Shown here: one piece after another, positions 10,584 to 20,122 of the stretch
How positions within the stretch are numbered: the stretch's first letter is position 1
Layout: each line of letters begins with the position of its first letter
Source of the DNA: a virus
Lineage: Duplodnaviria; Caudoviricetes
Virus record (IMG/VR): IMGVR_UViG_3300033388_003385
Location: 1-57,065 of that record
Direction: 5' to 3' (one strand)
Length of the DNA: 57,065 nucleotides
Notes under the pieces: generated by a model
What the model saw: only the letters and a program-made list of their open reading frames with translations
Database searches by the model: none
What the model was told of the DNA's origin: nothing
Program-made: the position numbers and the translations under genes

Positions 10584-10934
10584 TTAGGTGGTTGCGAGAT
10601 ACAGAGAAAAGTGTTGCTGTGCTAGCCCGGCGTTCGAGTCGTCGCCCGAGTCCTCGGCGAACGTGCGGTATGCCAGGTAATGCGCCATCGGCTCGCGGTA
10701 AGTGTCGCTGATATCGAGTGTTGTCGTGCTAACCGTTGTGGTATTGAGCTCTGTGTATGTGCCGAGCGACCCGTCAGCGCCGAGCAGGTGCATAGGTCTG
10801 CGCCCGTAGAGATCCTGCATACCGTCGTTCAGGTAGTCCACCATGTCCGCGAGCGGGTAACGCTTATTCGAGTCATCGCCGCGCAGGTCGTTTATGATCC
10901 GCCATGCTACATCGATTATATCTTGGCCGGTCAT
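10584..10934 (-). CDS. Putative head-tail adaptor protein (116 aa)
   Basis: DIIDVAWRIIND...DYLNDG...HYLAYR pattern typical of podovirus adaptors. Confidence 0.65.
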   Translation of the reverse strand: MTGQDIIDVAWRIINDLRGDDSNKRYPLADMVDYLNDGMQDLYGRRPMHLLGADGSLGTYTELNTTTVSTTTLDISDTYREPMAHYLAYRTFAEDSGDDSNAGLAQQHFSLYLATT

Positions 10935-11566
10935 GTAAAGGCCCTCATCTGCACGGCGTCGATGCGTCCGCTTTGGTTTTGTGAGAGGATGAGGCGTTTA
11001 ACATCGCCAACGCCTTGGTGATACATCTGCAACGCCTGCTGTGAACCTTCCGGCGAGTACCAGGGTGCGGGCTCGTTCGGGTCGATTGGATCTTTACGCA
11101 GCGCATACAGAGCGTAGTAGGAGATGTGCTGTCCCCATCGGTTTAGGATGTAATCCGGGTATAAAACGCAATCCATTTGCGGCTCATAGATCACCGTTAC
11201 CTGGATATCGTAATCATCGATAACCGGCGCGGGGTCGAGCGTCAGCGTGGTATTGCCGTCGAACTTCCATTGGTCGGGCCGGAGTTCGCCCGTTTTATCA
11301 ACGTCTTCCGTAGTCTCGGCATCATCCTCATGCACGTAGACCGTTACCACTCGCTTGAAGTTCATCAGCGCATATTCACTGGTCAACGTGTAATCCTTCT
11401 GCTCATCAACTGTTGCGATATCCGCAAGCGTTTCCTCTAGGAGCTCTGTATCGAGAAAGAATTGCCGCGCCGCAGTCCGGAGCGCCCAGAGTTGCAGGTT
11501 TTCCGGGCATCGCCCAACGAAGGGCGAGACCTGGTTAAGAAGCGTATTCACGTTGGCCGTAGCCAT
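10931..11566 (-). CDS. Putative adaptor/tail tubular protein (211 aa)
   Basis: VSPFVGRCPE..LRTAARQF..PWYSPE pattern; operon position. Confidence 0.65.
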   Translation of the reverse strand: MATANVNTLLNQVSPFVGRCPENLQLWALRTAARQFFLDTELLEETLADIATVDEQKDYTLTSEYALMNFKRVVTVYVHEDDAETTEDVDKTGELRPDQWKFDGNTTLTLDPAPVIDDYDIQVTVIYEPQMDCVLYPDYILNRWGQHISYYALYALRKDPIDPNEPAPWYSPEGSQQALQMYHQGVGDVKRLILSQNQSGRIDAVQMRAFT

Positions 11567-11568
11567 TT

Positions 11569-12171
11569 TTAGGACTCCAGGTTGGCCATGTATTGCGTTT
11601 GCAGCTCAAGACAAATCTCGACGAGATCGCCCTTCGACGCCGCGTCAGGTAGGTTGACCGTGCGCTTTACGTCATGCGCGTGGACGATTAGCTGTTCTTT
11701 GTTGAGCCGTCTGAGTCCCGGCTCGGTTATCATCGTCGGTTCCGGCTGGAACTCGATGGATTCTTCGACCGGCGCGGGTGGAGGTGCAGAGAGATCAATC
11801 GGCTTCAAGTTGTCCGGTGGCGGGGGCAACGGCGTTTCTGCCTGGGCGTCAGCCGTAATGAGCCCAGTCGGTGTAAGCGTTGTATTAGCGGCAGTTGTGG
11901 TAACCGCGCCGCCTTCCAAGGCCTTAAGCCTGGCCTGCAGCGCTTGGTTCTGCTCCATAAGAGTTCGTTCACGCTCTGAGATGCCTGGGGCGCGGGCTAG
12001 ATCGGCGCTGCCGAGCGAATCCAAATCGAGCTTGACGTGTTTGCCGTTCTTGTCCAGGTGAACGGTTCCGCCGCGAAAGTCCGTGCGTTTAGCCAGCACC
12101 GGCGACCATGTAAGGATGAGCCCGTCTGTAATCCGTTGTACGATTCGTTGAGTTTTTACTGCTTCACTCAT
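11569..12171 (-). CDS. Hypothetical protein (200 aa), Pro-rich linker
   Basis: GAGG RBS, operon position. Confidence 0.65.
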   Translation of the reverse strand: MSEAVKTQRIVQRITDGLILTWSPVLAKRTDFRGGTVHLDKNGKHVKLDLDSLGSADLARAPGISERERTLMEQNQALQARLKALEGGAVTTTAANTTLTPTGLITADAQAETPLPPPPDNLKPIDLSAPPPAPVEESIEFQPEPTMITEPGLRRLNKEQLIVHAHDVKRTVNLPDAASKGDLVEICLELQTQYMANLES

Positions 12172-12238
12172 TGTGAGACCTCTATTAAATGGTTCCTATC
12201 TGGGATGCCCGGCGAGTCTCCCCGCCGAGCGGACACGC

Positions 12239-12721
12239 TTAGTACGTGTTGACTTCTTTGTTGTCACCGATGTCCATGCAGAGCGCAATGAAATCGACAA
12301 CAGCCGTATCAGCGGTGTTGTTAAACAACGCACCGATGTAAGCAGTATTTGCGGTATAGACCTTACCGTAGGTGTTCGCCCCGCCGCCGCCGCCATAGCC
12401 GATGTCGGTAGAAAGCGAGCGGTTCACAGCGGCAGAGTTGCCGTTGATGCCGTCGAGATAGCCGTCTGCGTCTACCTCAGCATCGGTAGCAACCAAGTAG
12501 TCGCCAACATCGATGGTGAGTGTTCCGCCTTCAGCAGTCCGAACGATAGCCATCACATCCAACACCATAGTGTTAGCCGGGATGACCCACAATTTTGCGA
12601 CGTTAGCCGCTGTAACGCCAGTCACGGACGTATCGAGCCGTTTCTTGAGGGTGAAAAGCTCACCGGATTCAGTAACCGGCAGACGAACGCCGTCGCCAAC
12701 TGAGTAATCTACAACTGCCAT
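12239..12721 (-). CDS. Putative minor capsid/decoration protein (160 aa)
   Basis: Follows capsid gene; IPANTMV..TIDVGD..DADGYLDG motif. Confidence 0.65.
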   Translation of the reverse strand: MAVVDYSVGDGVRLPVTESGELFTLKKRLDTSVTGVTAANVAKLWVIPANTMVLDVMAIVRTAEGGTLTIDVGDYLVATDAEVDADGYLDGINGNSAAVNRSLSTDIGYGGGGGANTYGKVYTANTAYIGALFNNTADTAVVDFIALCMDIGDNKEVNTY

Positions 12722-12792
12722 GATAAACAGTCCTTTTTTGTACCTATTGGAAGCGCGGCCCCGGAGGGCCGCACACCCAGATAGGAGATTAT

Positions 12793-13713
12793 TTAGCCTC
12801 TACGGATGTAGAAGTGGCCCAGACCTTCCGGCTTGGTCACTTTGTAGCCGTATGCCTGGAGGGAGCGCATGAGCTGGCCGAAGTCATCCGGGTTGTCGAT
12901 TGTTTCAGTCGCCGTCATCTGCGAAGCGAACGCAATCGCATGCTTTTGACCGAAGATCGCGTTATCGACGTTGTAGCCGCTGTCGGCTGTCCGCGTCAGG
13001 TTGTTGGTCATGTAGACCGTGAACCGATCAATCATGCCGATTCGACCGTTACGCAGAACGCTTTTACCGTCGCCGGTCAAAGAAGCGTCTTTGAGGTCGG
13101 ACGATTTCAACTTACCGCAAGCCCATGCGGGCAGTGCGATGTAGCGGTCTTCGTCTGGTGCGTCCTGTTCGTCGAGAACAACGCCGCAATCAACGATCTT
13201 GTCGAGGATATTTTCGCTGGTAAGAGCGAGCGGAGTACCGGTAACGCCGAGGTTGATATCGCCGGAGATTTTGCCAGCGTTCGCACCAGCATTCGCAGCA
13301 GCTACGTCGCCGTAGACCTGCGAGAGCATTTCACCGTCAATCTGGATCTTCTGCAGCGTCGACGCGTGCACCGCCCACTTCTGGACGAAGTCGATATCGA
13401 CCTGCTTCTTGTCGAGAGCATTGATGGCCATCGCCCAGTAGAAGCCCTTGTCGATCAGCAGATCGAGGCTGGACGGGTCAGGGTTTTCGTACTGGAGTTT
13501 CTGGCCCTTGGTGTAGGCGCGCGATACGATCTCGGGGAGCGTACGGATGGTGAGTGTGTCACCAAACTTCTGGATCTCACCTTCGTAATCAGTATTAGCA
13601 ATTGCCCCGAAAATGGTGGCTTTATAGAACTCCACCAAGAGCAATGTCGAGTACAGCGTAGGAATGTACGAACCGGATAGGTTCGGATGGCCTTCTGCGG
13701 TCGGGTATGACAT
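12793..13713 (-). CDS. Major capsid protein (306 aa)
   Basis: YIPTLYS..FYKATIFGAIANTDYEGEIQKFGDTLTIR; GRIGMIDRFTVY; follows scaffold. Confidence 0.9.
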   Translation of the reverse strand: MSYPTAEGHPNLSGSYIPTLYSTLLLVEFYKATIFGAIANTDYEGEIQKFGDTLTIRTLPEIVSRAYTKGQKLQYENPDPSSLDLLIDKGFYWAMAINALDKKQVDIDFVQKWAVHASTLQKIQIDGEMLSQVYGDVAAANAGANAGKISGDINLGVTGTPLALTSENILDKIVDCGVVLDEQDAPDEDRYIALPAWACGKLKSSDLKDASLTGDGKSVLRNGRIGMIDRFTVYMTNNLTRTADSGYNVDNAIFGQKHAIAFASQMTATETIDNPDDFGQLMRSLQAYGYKVTKPEGLGHFYIRRG

Positions 13714-13749
13714 TATATTTCTCCGTAGCCGCCGCTACGCACAAGGGGA

Positions 13750-14844
13750 CTACATCGCAGCTTGCATATTTGGCTGGACGACGCGGCCCTCTCGCATCAT
13801 TACGGCGAGCTCAGCTTGCTTTTCCCGCGCCCGTTCCGGAGTCATCACGCCCTTGGTAAGTTCCTGCATCTCACGTTGCCACTGGTCGAGCGGCATTGTT
13901 TGTTTGCTGAATTCACCTGGAGACGGTGTTGCGCCGGTTTCGGGAACGACCTGGGATTCAAGCCCAGGTGTGGATGGTGGGGTGGAAGGTAAGTGTTGCG
14001 AATAAGTCTCGAATAACGTCGCCGCCCGTAAAGGGTCGTATGCATGATACGAATCCTCTATCAGCTCCCCGTATGTCAGCCCGCTCATCGGCTCTTTCTG
14101 CCCTTTCCACTGTGTAAACTCCGGCGTCGACTCCATCTGCTCCCATGCGGGAACTATGTTGGAGAGATCAGCAAAGAACTCACGATCCTGCTGCTGCTGT
14201 TGGCGTTTTTCCAAACCCTCAAAACGTTGGTCGAGTACTGATGGCATCGGCTCATCTTGTGGAACAGAGGATGCCGCAGGCTGGCTCAGCTGCAGCATAG
14301 CAAGATGCTGTCGCCAATAGTCTTCGCCGTAGTCTTCGAGAGCTTTGGGTTCAATCCTCCGCTGAAGTTCAGCGTCAGATATCTGCGCCATCGCCGCTTC
14401 GGGGTCGAACGCGACCGGTTGAGTAGCAGGTTGCTGCGTTTGCACACGACGCTGGGCATCGGGAGCCTGAGCCATCTGCTGTTGCAATGCAGCGATTTGT
14501 GCGTCTTTCTCCTGATTGCCCCGGCGTAGCTCGCGCGTTTCCGCGTTATACTTACCGGTAAGCACTTTATACTTATGCATAAAGCTGTCGTCCGATTGCG
14601 GAGCCACAGGGGGAGCCTGGGTATTCTGCATAGCCGGAGCAGGTGCCTGTACAGGAGTCGGAGCGACGACCGAAGGATTATTACTCGGTAGAGTCGTATC
14701 CTGGGCCGTCAGCGGATTGGGTTCAGTGGGGGCTGTTTGGGGGGTGCTCTCAGGTGTTCCCGGTTGGGGAGCCTGATTACCGCTCAGCAAAGAATCCATT
14801 TGCTGTTGCAGAGCTTTGGGAACGTTTTCGTTACTATCTGGCAT
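13750..14844 (-). CDS. Capsid scaffolding protein (364 aa)
   Basis: P/Q-rich, HKYKVLTGKYNAE motif, C-terminal REGRV, between portal and capsid. Confidence 0.75.
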   Translation of the reverse strand: MPDSNENVPKALQQQMDSLLSGNQAPQPGTPESTPQTAPTEPNPLTAQDTTLPSNNPSVVAPTPVQAPAPAMQNTQAPPVAPQSDDSFMHKYKVLTGKYNAETRELRRGNQEKDAQIAALQQQMAQAPDAQRRVQTQQPATQPVAFDPEAAMAQISDAELQRRIEPKALEDYGEDYWRQHLAMLQLSQPAASSVPQDEPMPSVLDQRFEGLEKRQQQQQDREFFADLSNIVPAWEQMESTPEFTQWKGQKEPMSGLTYGELIEDSYHAYDPLRAATLFETYSQHLPSTPPSTPGLESQVVPETGATPSPGEFSKQTMPLDQWQREMQELTKGVMTPERAREKQAELAVMMREGRVVQPNMQAAM

Positions 14845-14898
14845 AACTTATCCTTTCCATTGTTCGTGAGCCCGTTTTGGGTGTTCACATGCCGGAGC

Positions 14899-15162
14899 CT
14901 ACGTCAGGTGTTCCGGCGAAAATTGTTTAGCCGTATCAATCGCCTTGATATGGTCGTGTGCGTTATCGCAGTAGTTCAGGATCTCCCCGAGCTCGCGCGC
15001 CCGGCCTTGAAGCTCGCGAATTTGCGGGATGTCTTGGGCAGTGACCATGCGCGCTTGGGCATCGGCAAGCGACGAGCGCAAGAGTCCGCGTAGTGGCGCG
15101 AAATGCGGGTCGCTCTGGAGCATCGCGATATGGTGCAACGTCTTTTCATCGGGTTGGATCAT
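14899..15162 (-). CDS. Small protein downstream of portal (87 aa)
   Basis: ELQGRAR motif; start overlaps portal stop. Confidence 0.7.
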   Translation of the reverse strand: MIQPDEKTLHHIAMLQSDPHFAPLRGLLRSSLADAQARMVTAQDIPQIRELQGRARELGEILNYCDNAHDHIKAIDTAKQFSPEHLT

Positions 15163-17213
15163 GCTTGAACCCCCTGAGCCCCGGCCTGCGCCTGCTGTTG
15201 AGTCCCTTGCATTTCAGACTCGACCCCTTTCACCAGATTTGGATTGACTATGTCATTAGGGTTCGGCGTCTGTTGCTCAAGTGATTGGCGCGTGCGTTGG
15301 CGTAGATCCTGTTCACTGGGGACCAGCTTATCCACCGCGATATCGAGACCTTTCGCAACCTCACGCAGCAGCGTTGCCCGGCCTTCCATCCCAATGATTT
15401 CCATGTCAATCGGGTTCGCCGTCATCTGCAGGAATTCCTGACGCCGTAACTGAGTCTGTTCCTTGACCAGGATCGCCAGCGCGCCGCGGGGAATGATCTG
15501 CGCATCGCCTTTCATCAGCGCGTATTGATCATCGGGCAGATAGCGCATGTTCCAGGTGTAGAGCCGCTCCATGAGGAGCCGCAGTACATATTGATCCACG
15601 TTCTTAATAACCCGTTTGATTCCGCGCGAGGCCGATTTCATCAGCATTCCCAAGCCAGTCGCCGTCTCAGCCGCCCCACCAACGTCCTGATTGCCGTAGA
15701 CGTATCGCGGGATCATCGTAAGCTCATCGGCCTGGGTGAAGAAGAATTCAGAGACCGCAATCAGCTCCGACGCATTGCTTTGCGGCTGGAAAAAGTCGAC
15801 CGGGTTGGAGTTGTTCGTTTGTTTCCCATGATATTTCCATACCTTCCAGGGGAACATGTTGTTAACGCCAGCAACCTCTTCCGGCGGCAGTGCATCAATA
15901 TCAAGCTTGACCTGTGGCCCGGACGCGATGCTTAGGTTATTGATGAGATTGCGCTGCGTCGCGTTGAGCGCATCTTGGCAATGCGTCATTTGCTCGGGAA
16001 GACTGCGGATACCCCAGATGGACGATGGATTGTGGAACCACGAGCATACGAAATAGGGGCGGCGGTCGAGCGGATCAGGGTTGAGCACTGCTTTAACGAT
16101 GTAATTACCGATCAATACGGCATTCACCTCATAATAGCGGAAAGGATCGTCGATCCCCTTCATACCCCATTCCTGGAGCAGTGAACCGGGAACCGAGCCC
16201 CAGAACTCAATAGATTGAAGGGTTCCATGTGAATACGTATCGTGATACAGCAGCTCACGCTCATCGAGCGTTTCATGTTCGGACTCACCGTCTTGGTAAA
16301 CCCCATGGCCTACACGGTAACCGCGCGGATAGTTCGCCAGCACATCGTTGATTGCTTCGTTTTTGTAGCCCTCAACCCCGCGCATTTCAGACAGAGCCTT
16401 TGAATCCCAATGTGTAATTTCACAGATATAGGTGTCTTGAACCCGCCGTGAATTCGGGCCAGGGTAGAACCAAAACGGGTCAATCGCTTCAAACGTTGGA
16501 ACAGCCTCAGTGACTACCTCACACGAAGTGTTACCCACCTCATCAGTAACCCACTTGAGTTTCTTGCGATGGCGGATGACTGGCCCTTTAAGGATCGCGC
16601 TGGGGTAGACAGTCAGGTACGAGATAAATTCAGTAAACGCCAGGTTGAAATCACCTTCGGCACATTGGTCTTCCATCTTCTGCGACATCCGGTCAGCACG
16701 CTCGCGCGCTTCCTCGTACGTCTCGCTCATGATTTTGTCGTAGAGCGATTCGGCGTAGTTCGTCACATCCTCAGGAGCTGGCGCGCCCATGGCCTGGAAC
16801 TCGCGCACTGTTTGTTCAACGATCCCGCGCTTAACATCTTCGGGGAGGTCAGGGATAGGAGTAGGGACAACGTCCCAGGGTTTATCCGAGGCAGGCGTAA
16901 ATACATCGCCCATCCACGCCTCAGCCGCCTGCGTTTTTACCTGAGTGACGTTCGCATACAGCCGAGAGCCGCCGGAGCGTTGAATAGCGTCCAACTTTTC
17001 CTTCGTGTAGCGCCCCGCGTTCTGCCGTTTACAGATGAGTAAACGCTGCGTGACGTTTGTTGTCGACCGGAATAACTCCGCATCCTCATACGCGCTAAGC
17101 ACATATGCAGACAACTGCGATATAATCGGCTTTTGTTGTTGCTGCGAGTCCTGGTGTTTAGCCAGTGATTCCGCAGTCATATCCTGATTCGACTTGATCT
17201 GAAGAAGCGACAA
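15159..17213 (-). CDS. Portal protein (about 684 aa)
   Basis: Portal-like motifs (AVLNPDPLDRRPY, NNLSIASGPQ, GAAETATGLGML). Start revised to TTG 17213 (GAGG RBS, downstream of promoter) from the track's 17579. Confidence 0.88.
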   Translation of the reverse strand: MSLLQIKSNQDMTAESLAKHQDSQQQQKPIISQLSAYVLSAYEDAELFRSTTNVTQRLLICKRQNAGRYTKEKLDAIQRSGGSRLYANVTQVKTQAAEAWMGDVFTPASDKPWDVVPTPIPDLPEDVKRGIVEQTVREFQAMGAPAPEDVTNYAESLYDKIMSETYEEARERADRMSQKMEDQCAEGDFNLAFTEFISYLTVYPSAILKGPVIRHRKKLKWVTDEVGNTSCEVVTEAVPTFEAIDPFWFYPGPNSRRVQDTYICEITHWDSKALSEMRGVEGYKNEAINDVLANYPRGYRVGHGVYQDGESEHETLDERELLYHDTYSHGTLQSIEFWGSVPGSLLQEWGMKGIDDPFRYYEVNAVLIGNYIVKAVLNPDPLDRRPYFVCSWFHNPSSIWGIRSLPEQMTHCQDALNATQRNLINNLSIASGPQVKLDIDALPPEEVAGVNNMFPWKVWKYHGKQTNNSNPVDFFQPQSNASELIAVSEFFFTQADELTMIPRYVYGNQDVGGAAETATGLGMLMKSASRGIKRVIKNVDQYVLRLLMERLYTWNMRYLPDDQYALMKGDAQIIPRGALAILVKEQTQLRRQEFLQMTANPIDMEIIGMEGRATLLREVAKGLDIAVDKLVPSEQDLRQRTRQSLEQQTPNPNDIVNPNLVKGVESEMQGTQQQAQAGAQGVQA

Positions 17214-17249
17214 AGCCAACCTCGTATCACAGACACTACCTGTACATCC

Positions 17250-17278
17250 ATTGTACACAGCTATGCAATCAATGTCAA
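17250..17278 (-). promoter_or_regulatory. Sigma70-type promoter for portal operon
   Basis: TTGACA-17 bp-TACAAT on minus strand. Confidence 0.75.
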
Positions 17279-17373
17279 TATCAGATGAATAATCAAATAA
17301 AGATGAAGTAGGGTCTATCGCCTGGCAGACGACTGATAGTAACGTAATCCCTCGAACTAATGGAGGACCACAC

Positions 17374-17766
17374 ATGGGAACCGTAACAAGGACGGTGCGA
17401 TATGACGGCGCGACCCGCCGGGAATGGATCGCGCAACGCAAGTTGGAAGTGAGAACCCGCCGGGAGACCGTTGAGGGCGTCATGGGTTGTTTGATCGCCA
17501 CCGCCCCAAGCGAGCGCCGAAAGGTTAAGACTATCACCCTGCGGATCACCGAGGACGAGCTGGAGATAATGAACACCACACAACCGGAGCTGACGCTAGG
17601 CGATGCCCGTCTATTGACAGTGAAGGAGACAGCACTATTGTTACAACGTTCGCAGAAACAGGTAAGGCGTTACCTCAAGAGCGGCCATTTGTCCGGGCGC
17701 AAGAGTCCAGGGAATGGCAATTGGCTGATCGATGAGCGCGCTGTACAGGAGTTTCTAAGGACGTAA
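17374..17766 (+). CDS. Helix-turn-helix DNA-binding protein (MerR/excisionase-like C-terminal domain)
   Basis: GGAGG RBS; LLTVKETALLLQRSQKQVRRYLKSGHL..W.I. Confidence 0.75.
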   Translation: MGTVTRTVRYDGATRREWIAQRKLEVRTRRETVEGVMGCLIATAPSERRKVKTITLRITEDELEIMNTTQPELTLGDARLLTVKETALLLQRSQKQVRRYLKSGHLSGRKSPGNGNWLIDERAVQEFLRT

Positions 17767-17805
17767 CACACCGAAAAAAACACCGAAGACAAGGGGACCA
17801 CCGAA

Positions 17806-18288
17806 ATGACACACCCGACAACCGCCCAAATCCCGAAGCGTTTTAACTGGTCATCCGCAAAGTTCGTATTCCTCATCTTCTCAGGCTTTGCCGTAGTTCG
17901 AACAATCGGCAAATACCAAACCTTTACAAGAATAGGGATACCTAACGCGCTGGCCGAGGCCGTGGCTGTGGGAGCATTCGTTTTGATTGTAATCGGCATC
18001 CCCGCGGCATTCATATGGGGCTGGATACGCGCCGAGCGCCACCCGTACCTTGTCGAGACGAGTATCCCTTTCCTACCCGAACAGCACAGCGCAATCGACG
18101 ACATCAAAGACCAAATCAATGAGTGCGTCAAAGATACCGTGAAAGGAGAGCTCGAACTCTCCAAGCTTCAGCACGAGAACGACCAACTTAAGGAGCAGCT
18201 CAGGCTCAAAGAGTTACGCGAAGAAAACGAACAGCTTCGCCAGCAATTAGAACCCACATCAAACGATAGCACCAAAATCAGCGAATGA
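17806..18288 (+). CDS. Membrane protein with coiled coil (160 aa)
   Basis: Two hydrophobic segments; TGA stop lies inside a repeat of array C. Confidence 0.7.
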   Translation: MTHPTTAQIPKRFNWSSAKFVFLIFSGFAVVRTIGKYQTFTRIGIPNALAEAVAVGAFVLIVIGIPAAFIWGWIRAERHPYLVETSIPFLPEQHSAIDDIKDQINECVKDTVKGELELSKLQHENDQLKEQLRLKELREENEQLRQQLEPTSNDSTKISE

Positions 18289-18653
18289 ACCATGCCACCG
18301 GACAGGACCATAAGTAGAGAGTGAACCAACACCATCGACTGCACCAATGGAACAGAATGAACTAGGGCCTTTGAAAGCATCATTAGAACAGAATGAACCA
18401 AGCATTCGGATAGCACCATAACAGGCGAATGAACCATACCGTCGGATAGCATCACAGAAATCGAGTGAACTATTCCAGGCGACAGTACCATGATAACCGA
18501 GTGAACCATCACCGCAGATAGCGCCATAGCATGGGAGTGAACTAGATCCAGAGAAAGTGCCATTGTAAACGAGTGAACCAATGAGAGATGAAAGCACCAT
18601 GAACATGGAGTGAACCAACAATCCCGATAGCACCGTGAGAGATGAGTGAGCCT
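18265..18653 (+). ncRNA. Orphan TIGR-like array C (about 11 units of 36 nt)
   Basis: Alternating GA(G/A)TGAACCA and GA(T/A/C)AG(C/T)ACCA 10-mers separated by 8-nt (once 9-nt) variable segments; same repeats as arrays A and B. Confidence 0.88.
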
Positions 18654-18657
18654 CTGA

Positions 18658-18769
18658 GCGAGAGTGGCGTAATTGGTAGACGCTAGTGTGGAGAAGCTCG
18701 GTTAATAACCGGCACGCAAGGTTAGTAGAAATCGCTGATCCGTAGGTTCGAATCCTGCCTCTCGCACCA
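18658..18769 (+). tRNA. Atypical tRNA-like RNA (112 nt, no canonical anticodon arm)
   Basis: Acceptor GCGAGAG/CTCTCGC + A + CCA; Leu-type D arm GCGT-AATTGGTAG-ACGC; T arm GTAGG-TTCGAAT-CCTGC; enlarged central region. Confidence 0.7.
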
Positions 18770-18841
18770 ACTCAACCCATGTGAGAGGGTAGTGTTGCCG
18801 TTGTTTGGCAACCCAGTCGGGTGAAGAAGCCCGCAATCACG

Positions 18842-18881
18842 CGTAGACCCTGGAGAGGTTAAGCCCCAGGGTCTACGTTTT
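18842..18881 (+). terminator. Strong hairpin, probable terminator
   Basis: CGTAGACCCTGG...CCAGGGTCTACG followed by TTTT. Confidence 0.6.
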
Positions 18882-18897
18882 AACTTTAGGAGCCCAG

Positions 18898-19161
18898 ATG
18901 AGTAAGATAACAGGAGCCGACCTTGAAGCGTTTGGCATGATAAAAAACGAAGATTCCCCTGCCTACCCATATGAGAAGCATTTAACGAAACCATGCGAAG
19001 ATACCGGGAAATCTGTATCTCTTGTAGTCACAGTCGAACGCAATGCTCAAGAGTTCGCGCTCAAGCTTCCGGATGGATGCACGCTGTTTTTGAAGCCTTT
19101 GAACCTTGAAGAGCTCAAGACGTTTGAGCAAGTGATTGCAAGTTGGGGGCCAAGCTGGTAA
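18898..19161 (+). CDS. Hypothetical protein (87 aa)
   Basis: AGGAG RBS. Confidence 0.7.
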   Translation: MSKITGADLEAFGMIKNEDSPAYPYEKHLTKPCEDTGKSVSLVVTVERNAQEFALKLPDGCTLFLKPLNLEELKTFEQVIASWGPSW

Positions 19162-19163
19162 AC

Positions 19164-19349
19164 ATGAAAAACATACTAAAGCTTGAATACGCCGTGATGA
19201 AGGACGGCGAATGGACAGAAGAGCAAGAAGACGAGATCAACGACGTTTTGATCGAGGTATGTGAAGAGCGCGGCTATCATTTATGCGGTGTGTCGCAGAT
19301 ATGCGACGAGGAAGGGAACCCGATAAAAAAAGTTGATAGTGTCAAATGA
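19164..19349 (+). CDS. Small acidic hypothetical protein
   Basis: ATG at 19164 just after upstream stop; coupled to next gene. Confidence 0.6.
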   Translation: MKNILKLEYAVMKDGEWTEEQEDEINDVLIEVCEERGYHLCGVSQICDEEGNPIKKVDSVK

Positions 19350-19660
19350 AACGTAAGAACTGCCGCGAAAGTAATACAGTCTTGGTTTTCGGCTTATTCG
19401 CCATGCTGTTCGGTATAGGTGTGCTGATGAATTCAGAATCAGCGATACACGAAATCCTATCGTTAATAGCGTTCCTCGTCTTCGCCGTCGCGTGGATTGG
19501 CAGTTACATCATATCGTTTTTACACACCATCAACCTGCAGTTGGGTAAACCGCGCACGTGTCCCCATTGCGGCGAGAGCTCCGACGAAGGCGAATACATC
19601 CACGTCAATGAAGATCTACACGACTGCCCCAAGTGCCATAAACCTTCAAGGCGACCATAA
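19346..19660 (+). CDS. Membrane protein with zinc ribbon
   Basis: Two TM segments plus CPHC...CPKC. Confidence 0.7.
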   Translation: MKRKNCRESNTVLVFGLFAMLFGIGVLMNSESAIHEILSLIAFLVFAVAWIGSYIISFLHTINLQLGKPRTCPHCGESSDEGEYIHVNEDLHDCPKCHKPSRRP

Positions 19661-19684
19661 CCGGAATACAAGGACGTATGAGAT

Positions 19685-20122
19685 ATGGACGATGAACCCC
19701 GCAAATGCTTCCACTGCAACAACGATTACGAACTTAAGATAGCTGACTTTGTGGTTGAATTGCCAGGCGGCGAAGACCGATTTACGCTAAACGACCTTGA
19801 GGCATTGGTATGCAGCGGTTGCGGCGACGAGGTTATACCCCCTAAATCTCAGGAAATAGTAGAGGCTGCAATTGTTAAGCGCATTGAGGACTTGAGCTGG
19901 AAACTAGATAAAATACGAAAGATACGCGAAGACCTTATACGACAGAAGGAAATGGGGTTTTTAGCCCGTAATAAGTTTTCCCTCATCATGTTTGTAATAT
20001 CTGGTGCATTATTAGCAAGCTTGTTCGAAGACCCTTTAACCTATATCGCCATCTACATCGTATGGACCGCTTGGCTCACAGCAATCATATTTTGGATGGA
20101 CAAACGAGTAGGATTGGAATAG
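19685..20122 (+). CDS. YgiT/MqsA-type zinc-finger protein with C-terminal TM helices
   Basis: CFHC...LEALVCSGCGDEVI then two hydrophobic segments. Confidence 0.65.
   Translation: MDDEPRKCFHCNNDYELKIADFVVELPGGEDRFTLNDLEALVCSGCGDEVIPPKSQEIVEAAIVKRIEDLSWKLDKIRKIREDLIRQKEMGFLARNKFSLIMFVISGALLASLFEDPLTYIAIYIVWTAWLTAIIFWMDKRVGLE

Noticed and set aside
17214-17579. N-terminal extension of the portal (806-aa call)
   Set aside because: Overlaps a promoter and an opposite-strand HTH gene; RBS supports the 17213 start
18770-18840. tRNA-associated HDV-like (theta) ribozyme
   Set aside because: Could not build the nested double pseudoknot starting at the tRNA 3' end
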